From contig OZ253496.1 in NCBI GenBank assembly GCA_965262115.1, positions 1,315,175 through 1,347,174 on the forward strand: 32,000 nucleotides of DNA, in the 5' to 3' direction. Positions 1 through 8,725 of this stretch are shown here, piece after piece. The stretch comes from Nitrospinales bacterium. Its GTDB lineage: Bacteria > Nitrospinota > Nitrospinia > Nitrospinales > VA-1. The first letter of the stretch is position 1; every line of letters begins with the position of its first letter. The notes beneath the pieces were generated by a model. It made no database searches, was not told the DNA's origin, and was given only the letters and a program-made list of their open reading frames with translations. The position numbers and the translations under genes were made by a program.

Positions 1-71
1 CGTCCTATTGCCCTCGGCGGCTCGCCGATGGTACAATTTCGGCGGGGAAAACAGTGGAGACATTTTAGAGC

Positions 72-452
72 ATGTCACTTTGGTTAATCGTGGGTTTTGG
101 CGGGTTTATCGGGGCGATTTTACGCTACTGGGTCAGTGGGTGGATTCAGAGTGGATTCGTCACCTTCCCTTTTGGTACTATCGGGGTGAACTTTATTGGC
201 AGTTTGCTGCTGGCGCTGGTCATGTACGCCTCCGAATACCGAGGCCTTTTTGGCGAAGAAACACGGGTGTTCCTGACCATCGGTGTTCTCGGCTCGTTCA
301 CCACCATGTCGACCCTCAGCTATGAGTCAATGAAACTTTTGGAACAAGACCAGCATATGCTGTTTGGACTTAACCTGGTGGGAACCGTCACGCTCTGCCT
401 GCTGGCCGTTTACATGGGAAAAGTTTTGATCACCGTTATAGGACTTAAATAA
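72..452 (+). CDS. crcB: Fluoride efflux channel CrcB/FluC
   Basis: 126-aa ORF with the family pattern GFGGFIGAILRYW...FPFGTIGVNFIGSLLLAL...GVLGSFTTMSTLSYE; four hydrophobic segments. Confidence 0.95.
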   Translation: MSLWLIVGFGGFIGAILRYWVSGWIQSGFVTFPFGTIGVNFIGSLLLALVMYASEYRGLFGEETRVFLTIGVLGSFTTMSTLSYESMKLLEQDQHMLFGLNLVGTVTLCLLAVYMGKVLITVIGLK

Positions 453-453
453 A

Positions 454-810
454 ATGAAAAAAGAATCCGATGCCATTCTTCTGAGAATTTTTATCGGCGA
501 GTCCGACAAATATGAGGGCGTGCCGCTTTCCAAATATCTGGTGGAATTTTTCAAGAATGAGGGGTTGGCTGGAGCCACTGTTTTGAGGGGGATCAGCGGA
601 TTCGAGAAATCCAGCAAACTGCACACGACATCCATACTAAGATTATCCGATGACCTGCCGATCGTGGTGGAAGTGGTGGACCGGAAAGAAAATATCGAAC
701 GTGTCAAACCGAAACTGGACGACGTGATCGAAGAAGGATTGATCACCGAAGAAGAAGTTAAAATCATCCTCTACGAAGGAACCAGGCGCGGAGCCGAGGG
801 TGAAAAGTAA
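454..810 (+). CDS. DUF190 family protein
   Basis: 118-aa ORF with LRIFIGESDKYEGVPLSKYLVEFFKNEGLAGATVLRGISGFE...LSDDLPIVVEVVD, typical of DUF190; directly follows crcB, a common pairing. Confidence 0.9.
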   Translation: MKKESDAILLRIFIGESDKYEGVPLSKYLVEFFKNEGLAGATVLRGISGFEKSSKLHTTSILRLSDDLPIVVEVVDRKENIERVKPKLDDVIEEGLITEEEVKIILYEGTRRGAEGEK

Positions 811-849
811 TAGGTCTGTCTGGATAGCAATCTAATTTCAAATAGTATG

Positions 850-925
<76 letters not shown>

Positions 926-1188
926 TTTAAAACAAAGGTTTATGGGTTTCCTCCCGTAGACCTTTTTCTTTTAGTCGGCACATAGTAGGCGGTAGGGAAA
1001 AGTAAGGGGATAAAACTTCATACAGGGGAAAGCGGACAGGCTTCTTACTCCCGCTACTCCCGCTACTTTTCAGCAATTTCCCCGATTTCCCGCCTGTTAA
1101 TTTTCTCATTTGTGGCTGAAGGTGCGTGGATTCGGGCAAGGCATATATTATTAGATAAAGACTGACATATTTTTTAGGAGGACAGACA

Positions 1189-1479
1189 ATGGCCAGTTAT
1201 CTAATGCTAGGCAATTTCACAGACCAGGGAATTAGAAACGTTGAAGAAACCATCAAACGTGGGGAGCGCTTCAAAGAGATGGCTAAAGAATGTGGAGTGG
1301 AGATCGAGGAACTCATGTGGTTGTTGGGAGATCACGATGTATTCTGCATTGCTGACGCTGAAAATGACCTTGCGATCACTACCTTGCTCCTGAAGGCGGG
1401 ATCAAAAGGATTCATCAAGACCAGCACCTCTCGGGCCTTTAGCAAGGACGAGATGGGCGCCATCGTCCAAAAAATGTAA
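1189..1479 (+). CDS. GYD domain-containing protein
   Basis: 96-aa ORF MASYLMLGNFTDQGIRNVEET..RGERFKEMAKECGVEIEELMWLLGDHDVFCIADAENDLAITTLLL; good AGGAGG ribosome-binding site upstream. Confidence 0.85.
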   Translation: MASYLMLGNFTDQGIRNVEETIKRGERFKEMAKECGVEIEELMWLLGDHDVFCIADAENDLAITTLLLKAGSKGFIKTSTSRAFSKDEMGAIVQKM

Positions 1480-1546
1480 TAGAGGAATTGTTCAGTAACA
1501 AGAAGGGGGGTAACCTCAATGGGTATACCCGGGTGCCAGGGGGTCC

Positions 1547-1608
1547 GCGATAAACCCCTACCAAGAGTCCGCCAAGCTTATGGTTTATTCTCTTGGTAGG
1601 GGTTTATC
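1547..1608 (+). terminator. Perfect 20-bp inverted repeat with 22-nt loop, terminator-like or small mobile-element-like
   Basis: CGATAAACCCCTACCAAGAG (1547-1566) and its exact reverse complement CTCTTGGTAGGGGTTTATCG (1589-1608), downstream of the GYD gene, followed by TTTTGGG. Confidence 0.6.
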
Positions 1609-1812
1609 GTTTTGGGATAGTTATTCCCCCTGATCTAATTCCATCTTATAAAACACCCCCGCCTCTCAAAAAAGCCATTGATCACACGTTTTATATTTAC
1701 ATTACCTCATTGATTGATTTAGTGATTCGGAAATGGCAAAATCTTAGCCTAGTCCAAGGTAAAATATTTTTTGAATAAGAAATCCTGATCAACTTTTAAT
1801 TGAGGTGATTCC

Positions 1813-2658
1813 ATGAAGCGCATGATTGGCATAGGCGGTGGATTACTGGTTTTAGTCGCTATCGCGGTATTTTTCTTATACTCATCGCTGGATACGATTA
1901 TCACAAGCGCTGTTGAAAAGTTCGGTTCGGAAATCACGCAAACCCGGGTCACCCTGAAGGAAACAAAAATTTCGCCCACCGATGGCAAGGGGACTCTGCG
2001 CGGATTCAGAATGACCAATCCGGCAAACTTTAAAACCGAAAGCGCTGTCGAGTTTGATGAAATCAGCATGACGTTGAACATCAAAACGATTACTGAAGAC
2101 ACAATAGTCGTCAAAGATATAACCATTTCCGGCCCCAGGATCACTTACGAACATAGTTCCAGTGGCAGCAACATTGATGTGATTAAGAGAAATGTGGACT
2201 CTTATCTGGGAACGGGATCCAAAGAGAAAACTGGCAGCAAAAAGCTCATCATCGAAAAACTATCCATCCTCAACGGCAAAGCCAATGTCAGCGCCGCGAT
2301 TCTGCAAGGCAAAACCATATCGGTAAATATTCCCGATATTGTTTTGAAATACATTGGCAAAAGCAAAGGTGGCGCAACACCGGGAGAGGTGGTCAACAAA
2401 GTAATGGCCGCCCTGCAAAAAAATATCAATGGAGCGGTCACACCCCTGAATCTGGATCAGGTTAAAGAGGTGGTGGGCTCAGTCGTTTCCGGAGCCAAGG
2501 ATATGCTGGAGAAAGGTACCTCCGGAGTTAAAGACATGCTGGAAAAAGGCGCGACCAAAGATATGATTGAAAGCGGTAAGAGCATGATTGAAAACAGCAA
2601 AGACCTGATTGAAAAAAACCCGGTCGGTGATGCCATGAAAGGACTCTTTGGAAATTGA
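1813..2658 (+). CDS. Exported/membrane-anchored AsmA-like or DUF748-like protein
   Basis: 281-aa ORF; N-terminal signal anchor MKRMIGIGGGLLVLVAIAVFFLYSSLD, then beta-rich repeats; C-terminal short repeats (SGAKDMLEKGTSGVKDMLEKGATKDMIESGKSMIENSKDLIEK). Confidence 0.55.
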   Translation: MKRMIGIGGGLLVLVAIAVFFLYSSLDTIITSAVEKFGSEITQTRVTLKETKISPTDGKGTLRGFRMTNPANFKTESAVEFDEISMTLNIKTITEDTIVVKDITISGPRITYEHSSSGSNIDVIKRNVDSYLGTGSKEKTGSKKLIIEKLSILNGKANVSAAILQGKTISVNIPDIVLKYIGKSKGGATPGEVVNKVMAALQKNINGAVTPLNLDQVKEVVGSVVSGAKDMLEKGTSGVKDMLEKGATKDMIESGKSMIENSKDLIEKNPVGDAMKGLFGN

Positions 2659-2737
2659 GCGGAGAACCGCCAGAAATAGACTGATCCCAATTCGCATAAG
2701 GTTTACCGCCTTTACTAAAACTCATCCGACACACGGA

Positions 2738-4273
2738 TCATGATCGCTTTTTATAGATGAGAAGATAATGGTTGGATCGGGGAAGATAACCCCTCGCCTG
2801 CTCACCCCATTTATAAAGCGTCTCCTCGCGGGAAAGGATATCTACCACTCCGGAAATCTCATACCCTCTGGCCACAAAACCCTGAGCCCAGTCTATCAAC
2901 AGGGTTTGTGAATTTGAATCGAACAACCAGGATGTGTGAATATTCGCCAGCACGATGAATTCAGGCCGGGAAACTTGTATTTCCAGAATCATCTCTGTCT
3001 GCATATGGCGGGCGTAGGAATGTTGTTCCCCCAGGTGATACATATAAAGATGCCGCGTCGCGGATTTCCTTTTTGAATAAAATAAGATCTGCGGTTCCGA
3101 CCCAAAAATGGCAACTCTGTCATCTTTTTGTGAATGGTCGCGAATGTATTTAGCGATCTCAAGAGACTCCGGAAAAGGATTCGGATAGTATATCGATCGG
3201 GTCGCTTCGGTGACCGGGAGGGTGAAGAAAAAATCCGTCTTGCTCAATACAGGAAACCCCAGAATCACAGTCAGGATTCCCACAGGGATTGCAGTTTTAA
3301 TTCCGCGAAACCTCAAGCTCTCGAAACCTGCGCCCACAAGCAGAGAAACGGCGGGCATCCATAACAAAAAATAATGTGGCCTGAAATAGAGCCCGGGAGT
3401 CACCGCTAAAAATGAACACACAAAGAATCCGATCAAGAATTTGTATTCCCGCCTGACATCCTTTCTCCAGCCTACCGATACCAGTCCCAACAAAGCTAAC
3501 AACAGGATCGGAAAATTGGACTCTAAAATTTGTTCGAAAACCCATTTGAAGTTTTCAAAACCCTGATCCAGCGGAACCATGGAAACGTATTCCAAAGGGT
3601 ATAGAAATGTGCAGAACCAGAAATCAGAAGAATTTCCGGTAACCTGGTAGAGTAAGGCTGAAAGAATCACCGGTGCCAACCCGCCTGCCGCAAACAACCC
3701 TAAAGTCAGACGGGGTTTTTTGAGAGGTTGGGTGATAACTCTGTAACTCAGATAAACCGCGCCAAAAAGGCAAAAAAAGACAGCATGCTGCTTTATCAGC
3801 AGAGCAAACCCCAACAGAAGTCCGCTTAAGAAAAACCGTGCGGGTTGATCCTGAGCTATCCGCAATAGCCAAATCCCGCCGATGGCAAAAAGCAGGACAA
3901 AGTGTTCTGAATTTGCCCAAAAACCCTGAAGGAATGGAGTCAAGGTTAAAACACAAAAGCTAACCCCTGCTACAATACCCGCGGACAGGCTCAATAAATT
4001 TCTCCCCAGTAAAAACAGAAGAAACGCCGTGGCAAGGTTTACAAATAACAAGGACAAATGAATGGCAACAGGGGTCTGGCCAAAAACTGCCAGAACTGCG
4101 GCATACACTAAAAAGATGCCGGGAAATTTCATGCTGTGGGCTTCGGTATAAGGCAGGACCCCCTGAAGCAACTGCTGGGCCACATAGGCATACTCACCTT
4201 CATCACGTTCAAGGGGAACTCCCAAAAGTCGGAGCCGGACCAAAACGATGCTTACCAGGAAAATCGCGGCCAT
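2738..4273 (-). CDS. ArnT/PMT-like (GT39-type) membrane glycosyltransferase family protein
   Basis: 511-aa polytopic ORF with N-terminal RLRLLGVPLERDEGEYAYVAQQLLQGVLPYTEAHSMKFPGI...ARCLV-like DE motif (ERDEGEYAY). Confidence 0.8.
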   Translation of the reverse strand: MAAIFLVSIVLVRLRLLGVPLERDEGEYAYVAQQLLQGVLPYTEAHSMKFPGIFLVYAAVLAVFGQTPVAIHLSLLFVNLATAFLLFLLGRNLLSLSAGIVAGVSFCVLTLTPFLQGFWANSEHFVLLFAIGGIWLLRIAQDQPARFFLSGLLLGFALLIKQHAVFFCLFGAVYLSYRVITQPLKKPRLTLGLFAAGGLAPVILSALLYQVTGNSSDFWFCTFLYPLEYVSMVPLDQGFENFKWVFEQILESNFPILLLALLGLVSVGWRKDVRREYKFLIGFFVCSFLAVTPGLYFRPHYFLLWMPAVSLLVGAGFESLRFRGIKTAIPVGILTVILGFPVLSKTDFFFTLPVTEATRSIYYPNPFPESLEIAKYIRDHSQKDDRVAIFGSEPQILFYSKRKSATRHLYMYHLGEQHSYARHMQTEMILEIQVSRPEFIVLANIHTSWLFDSNSQTLLIDWAQGFVARGYEISGVVDILSREETLYKWGEQARGYLPRSNHYLLIYKKRS

Positions 4274-4553
4274 CCATAACAGATATGTACTTTGGGGACT
4301 TCTAGTGGATTGCGTGGACTGTATTTTTGTGCTCCTGAAAAAAATGGTGGGTCAACCGGTAATATCAATGGGAAGAATCTGCAAAGCCAGCCTTCCTCAC
4401 CACAGAGGGTAAAATAGGTTCAAGAACATGTAAACAGATAAAAGCTATCCAGGCATTCCTGCTTCAAGCTAAACTCCTCTTTGACCTGCTTGACAAAAGG
4501 ATCCAGTGGATTCGGAGTACGCGAAAGATAAAACCAGGCGAGGGGTTACGGCG

Positions 4554-4784
4554 TCAGGCTCCCCTTCTCTCGCTCGAAAAGTCTCTTCGCATTTCTGACC
4601 GGCGGGAAGCCTCGCGTTTATCGAGGGCAATGGTCAATAATGATTGTCTCCGGTCTTCATTCCTTCGACCAGGAAAGTCTCTTCTTTCCTCCTGGCGCTG
4701 ATCCCCTTCTTCAGTATCCAGAAACAAAATTTCGCCCAGTAGGGACTCTTGAGTAGAATACTTGCAGGACGCATATATTCCCAC
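4554..4784 (-). CDS. Hypothetical small Arg/Glu-rich protein
   Basis: 76-aa ORF with repeated charged blocks RRDFPGRRNEDRRQ...RREASRRSEMRRDFSSERRG; coding status unproven. Confidence 0.3.
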   Translation of the reverse strand: MGIYASCKYSTQESLLGEILFLDTEEGDQRQEERRDFPGRRNEDRRQSLLTIALDKREASRRSEMRRDFSSERRGA

Positions 4785-5252
4785 TTTTTCCTCACTATTA
4801 AAACCCCATTTTTTTAGGAATTTAGATTTTTTTCTAGTCTCCTATCCGTATCAAGCAGAACTCCTCATCTGCCAGGACCAAGTATCCACTAAAAATACAA
4901 ACAGTTATATAAATTTCAGGGGGATAGACCCTGCAAAAACCAATATCCCGCGTCCCCGACGGGCAAACAGGAACTATATATTTCAGCAAATAGGTTGGGT
5001 TCAGACACACTTTATGATACAATCCCCGAGCAAATGGGTTGACGTTAGTTGATGACTGTTTTTTAGGAAAACTATCAGGATAAATCGGAGCGCAAATTGA
5101 TGGGCTTTATTTCCCAAACCGTCCAAGCACAACCATGTATGGTTTTTTTTGCTCCACAAAAGGCAAAATGCCAACCTAAATTCAAATTTGGGAAACCCTG
5201 ATTTCCGGATCAGGAAAAAAGTTCCCGCTTATTTTGCAGGAGAGCATTTAGC

Positions 5253-5453
5253 ATGGATCAAGGAAAAGTAAAATGGTTCAACGAAAGCAAAGGTTATGGT
5301 TTTATCGAGTCCGATGATGGTGAAGATTGTTTTGTTCATTTTTCAGAAATTCAAGGTGATGGCTTCAAAACCCTCCATGAAGGACAGGCCGTGGAATTCG
5401 AAAAGACCATGGGTCAAAAAGGACCGCAAGCCTCAAAAGTTGTCCCCAAATAA
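5253..5453 (+). CDS. Cold-shock domain protein
   Basis: 66-aa ORF with [50 protein letters not shown], the RNP1/RNP2 signature of CspA-family proteins. Confidence 0.97.
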   Translation: MDQGKVKWFNESKGYGFIESDDGEDCFVHFSEIQGDGFKTLHEGQAVEFEKTMGQKGPQASKVVPK

Positions 5454-5474
5454 AGCAGTTTCAAGTGTCTTTCC

Positions 5475-5498
5475 CCGGCAGAGTTTTTACTCTGCCGG
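5475..5498 (+). terminator. Hairpin downstream of the csp gene
   Basis: CCGGCAGAG-TTTTTA-CTCTGCCGG, perfect 9-bp stem 22 nt after the csp stop codon; only a weak T tract follows. Confidence 0.6.
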
Positions 5499-5555
5499 TT
5501 AAGTTTCGGCCACTAACCCAATTGCGTACAAGACATATTAGAAAGAGGAAAGACT

Positions 5556-5738
5556 ATGCATGAAGTAAAAGTTTATGACAGTTCTGGTAACTTGAAAAAA
5601 ATCATTTCCGTTAAAACCCTTACACAAAGGTCTGACCAGCAAATCAAGTCGCCTTCCCTGTACAATAAGAAATGGCGCAAGGCAAAGCCGATGGTCAAAG
5701 TTGAGAAAAAGGATCCCAAGGCCGCTTCAACAAGGTAA
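5556..5738 (+). CDS. Small basic hypothetical protein
   Basis: 60-aa ORF MHEVKVYDSSGNLKKIISVKTLTQRSDQQIKSPSLYNKKWRKAKPMVKVEKKDPK, with a GAAAGAGG ribosome-binding site upstream and a CCCCAGAGCTTTGGGG hairpin directly after. Confidence 0.55.
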   Translation: MHEVKVYDSSGNLKKIISVKTLTQRSDQQIKSPSLYNKKWRKAKPMVKVEKKDPKAASTR

Positions 5739-5754
5739 CCCCAGAGCTTTGGGG
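5739..5754 (+). terminator. Short terminator-like hairpin
   Basis: CCCCAGAGCTTTGGGG immediately after the 60-aa ORF. Confidence 0.35.
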
Positions 5755-5959
5755 CTCCTTTCCGCATTCATTTTCTACACTGTAAAAGTTCCAGTCACCG
5801 CCCCCCCCCAGATTTATACTGAGCCTCAGTTCAATCCCCGCTAGGGGGTAAAGCCCCCCCCTTATCTAATTAGCAGACAAGCCAGGCCTGGGAAGCTGTG
5901 GAGCTTCCTGATTCGCTTTTTATGGTGGAACGCCACCTTGTTATTGATACAATACCGTC

Positions 5960-7801
5960 ATGCCTTTGAAAATAGCATTGATCAACATGCCCTTCGGGTT
6001 CCATATCTATCCATCCATCCAGTTGGGGACTCTCTCGACCTTACTGAAAACCCACGGTTGCGAGGTAAAGAGCCATTACCTGAACCTTCATTTTGCGCAT
6101 CAGCTCGGCCTGCCGGTCTACAACCAACTCTGTGAAAAACGCTTCCTGATTGGCGAGTGGCTGTTCTCCCACCCCCTTTTCGGGGACAATGCCAGGAACC
6201 AGGATTACATGAACCATTTTGACCCGCATATTGAAGATGTCTGCCAATCCATTGAGCGTCCAAGGGAGTTTTTAGTCGATGTAAAGACCAAAATGGTCCC
6301 CGAATTTCTTCAGTGGGCCCGGGACTCCTGCGACTGGGGAGCCTTTGATGTCGTAGGCTTTTCTTCGACCTTCAATCAAAACATCGCCAGTCTGACTCTG
6401 GCTAAATGGATCAAGGAAAAATATCCCCATGTAAAAATCCTGTTTGGCGGGTCCAATTTTGAATCCGATATGGGATTGGAATATTTCCGGGTCTTTCCAT
6501 GGATCGATTATGTAGTACCCGGAGAAGCTGAAGATGTATTGCCACAACTGGTCAAATATCTCGAACAGGGCGGGCCGGTTCCCCGCAGCGTGGTTCACCG
6601 CTGTGAAGGGGAAGTGCTTTATCAGGAGCCCGAGGCTATGTTCGGCAACTTTCAGGATTACCCGGCTCCCGATTACGACGATTTTTTTGATCAGTTGCGG
6701 GAGATAGATCCGAATTCTTCTCTGCTGGAAAACCCGGTTATTCTTTATGAAACCGCGCGGGGTTGCTGGTGGGGGGAGAAACATCACTGCACTTTTTGTG
6801 GTTTGAACGCCAGTACCATGAAGTTCCGGTCCAAGCCTATCGAGCAGGTTCACGCCGATCTTTCCCAGCTTTCAAAAAAATACGACACCTTTCGCTTCCG
6901 ACTGGTCGACAACATCCTGGAAATGAAATATATCGACGGAGTTTTTGGTGCCCTGGCTGAAAACAACTATGACCTGCATTTTTTTATTGAAGTCAAAAGT
7001 AACCTGACTAAAAAGCAAATCAAGACTCTGGCTCAGGGTGGGGCAAAAGCAATTCAGCCAGGCATTGAGAGTTTCAGCAGTAATCAATTGCAGGAAATGG
7101 ATAAGGGCGTCCGGCCCCTGCAAAACATTCTCTGTATGAAATGGGCGATGTATTATGGCATTGAGATCAACTGGAATATCCTGATCGGGTTTCCTGGCGA
7201 AACAGATGACGATTACCGGCAGCAGATTGACCTGATTAAACTACTGTTCCATCTGCCTCCGCCCGAGTGCGTCGGCAGCCTATGGCTCGAAAGGTTCAGC
7301 CCCTATTTCCAGCGGCCGGAAGAATATGGAATAAAAATCACGGCACCGGGGGAAGCCTATCCCTTTGTTTATGATCATCCCGATGTCGACCATTTAAAAA
7401 TCGCTTATGATTTTGAATTTGAAACGAGTAACCGGATTGACCCGCAACTGAAGCAGGAGTTATTTCAAACTGCGGAAGAATGGAAACAAAGACACCAGTC
7501 AGAACAATTGCCTTACCTGATTTTTACCAAGGCCATGGATTTTGTGACCGTTTATGACCAAAGGTCACTGGAATCCATCAAAACCAGATTGGAAGGACCA
7601 CATGCCTGGGCATTCATCTGCTGCAACGAAGCACCAAAATCCGTGGAACAAATTCGCCAATATTTCCGGGAAAAAATGGAGCAAGAGCCTGAAGACAATC
7701 TGGCCGAAAATGCCATTGCCTATCTTGAAGAAAAAGGCTTCCTTTATGGAGAGCGGGGCAAATACCTGAATCTGGCCCTGCCGCATAATTCCAACCTTTA
7801 A
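5960..7801 (+). CDS. B12-binding radical SAM protein, RiPP maturation radical SAM protein 1-like
   Basis: 613-aa ORF; N-terminal cobalamin-binding-like fold (PFGFHIYPSIQLGTLSTLLKTHG..LLFGGSNFES..PWIDYVVPGEAEDVLPQL) and radical SAM core with GCWWGEKHHCTFCGLN..MKFRSKPIEQV...GIESFSSNQLQEMDKGV...WNILIGFPGET. Confidence 0.85.
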   Translation: MPLKIALINMPFGFHIYPSIQLGTLSTLLKTHGCEVKSHYLNLHFAHQLGLPVYNQLCEKRFLIGEWLFSHPLFGDNARNQDYMNHFDPHIEDVCQSIERPREFLVDVKTKMVPEFLQWARDSCDWGAFDVVGFSSTFNQNIASLTLAKWIKEKYPHVKILFGGSNFESDMGLEYFRVFPWIDYVVPGEAEDVLPQLVKYLEQGGPVPRSVVHRCEGEVLYQEPEAMFGNFQDYPAPDYDDFFDQLREIDPNSSLLENPVILYETARGCWWGEKHHCTFCGLNASTMKFRSKPIEQVHADLSQLSKKYDTFRFRLVDNILEMKYIDGVFGALAENNYDLHFFIEVKSNLTKKQIKTLAQGGAKAIQPGIESFSSNQLQEMDKGVRPLQNILCMKWAMYYGIEINWNILIGFPGETDDDYRQQIDLIKLLFHLPPPECVGSLWLERFSPYFQRPEEYGIKITAPGEAYPFVYDHPDVDHLKIAYDFEFETSNRIDPQLKQELFQTAEEWKQRHQSEQLPYLIFTKAMDFVTVYDQRSLESIKTRLEGPHAWAFICCNEAPKSVEQIRQYFREKMEQEPEDNLAENAIAYLEEKGFLYGERGKYLNLALPHNSNL

Positions 7802-7812
7802 ACTCTTACGTT

Positions 7813-8430
7813 ATGAAAAAACCCGGATCAAAGGGCGAGCATAATCTGCAAAAAAAATTTGAAGCTGAGAAACGCGCGTCAGCCTTTTATAATTCCCAAT
7901 TGCTCAACCAGCTTAATCCTGAAATGTGCCGGTTTATTGTTGAGCAGGAAATGGTTTTCATTTCCACCTCTGACTCAAAAGGTGAGTGTGACGCCTCCTT
8001 CCGTGCTGGCCATGCCGGTTTCGTGGAAGTCCTGGACGAAAAAACCCTGCTCTTTCCCGAATACCGAGGCAATGGAGTTCTGGCCAGCATGGGGAACATT
8101 GCGGAAAATCCGCATATAGGAATGGTCTTTGTTGATTTCTACCGAAGCTCTATAGGACTGCATGTCAATGGAAATGCAGAAATCCTTTCCAACGAGGAAC
8201 TGGAGGCCAGTCACGATTTGTCTGAAAAAATAAAACAGGCACTTACAAATTCGGGTTCACGGAAACCCATAGCATGGATCAAGGTCGAAGTAGAAGAAGC
8301 CTATATCCACTGCTCCAAACATATCCCTCTCATGAAAAAAAGAGATAAAACCATTCATTGGGGAACCGATGACGAAAAACTAAAAGGCGGTGATTTTTTT
8401 AATGCCAAAGGCCGCAACTCATCAACATGA
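7813..8430 (+). CDS. Pyridoxamine 5'-phosphate oxidase-family (split-barrel FMN-binding) protein
   Basis: 205-aa ORF with FIVEQEMVFISTSDSKGECDASFRAGHAGFVEVLDEKTLLFPEYRGNGVLASMGNIAENPHIGMVFVDF...VEEAYIHCSKHIP. Confidence 0.85.
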   Translation: MKKPGSKGEHNLQKKFEAEKRASAFYNSQLLNQLNPEMCRFIVEQEMVFISTSDSKGECDASFRAGHAGFVEVLDEKTLLFPEYRGNGVLASMGNIAENPHIGMVFVDFYRSSIGLHVNGNAEILSNEELEASHDLSEKIKQALTNSGSRKPIAWIKVEVEEAYIHCSKHIPLMKKRDKTIHWGTDDEKLKGGDFFNAKGRNSST

Positions 8431-8460
8431 TTGCGCAGAATGGCAATGCTCCTGATTAAT

Positions 8461-8674
8461 GAAGGCATGAGTGTCTTTAGGGCCAAAAGAATACTTAATG
8501 TCTAGGGTTCTGAAGAACGATACCTTTTTCAAAGTGTTTACATGATGTTTGAGGGACGGTTTGACAAGCTCTGGGGGGGGGCAGACTCTCCCCTTAACAA
8601 AATGGTGTTCATCGGGCCAGAACCTGAATCCCCAAAGACTGGAAGAAAGCCTGAAGAGCTATACCGTCACCTGA
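8461..8674 (+). pseudogene. Remnant of a CobW/P47K-family C-terminal domain
   Basis: Translation gives EGMSVFRAKRILNV*GSEERYLFQSVYMMFEGRFDKLWGGADSPLNKMVFIG, then after a +1 frameshift NLNPQRLEESLKSYTVT*. This matches the CobW_C pattern (FRAKGILN...YxFQxVHMxFDG...NKLVFIGRNLD). Internal TAG at 8503-8505. Confidence 0.75.
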
Positions 8675-8725
8675 TGGTTGGGTTTGGCGGAAAACCCTGT
8701 AACTTTTAATTTTGCAAAATTACTC

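Noticed and set aside
1-71. Possible fluoride riboswitch upstream of crcB
   Set aside because: A GATGG and a GC-rich stem (GGCGGCTCGCCGATGG) are present, but I could not fit the full conserved crcB motif and only 71 nt are visible before the gene. An Infernal search with the fluoride riboswitch model would decide.
927-1139. 70-aa minus-strand ORF with tandem ACTCCCGCT repeat after the tRNA
   Set aside because: Low-complexity translation with no recognisable motif and no supporting ribosome-binding site; likely non-coding. No integrase or tRNA 3'-end duplication seen, so no island call.
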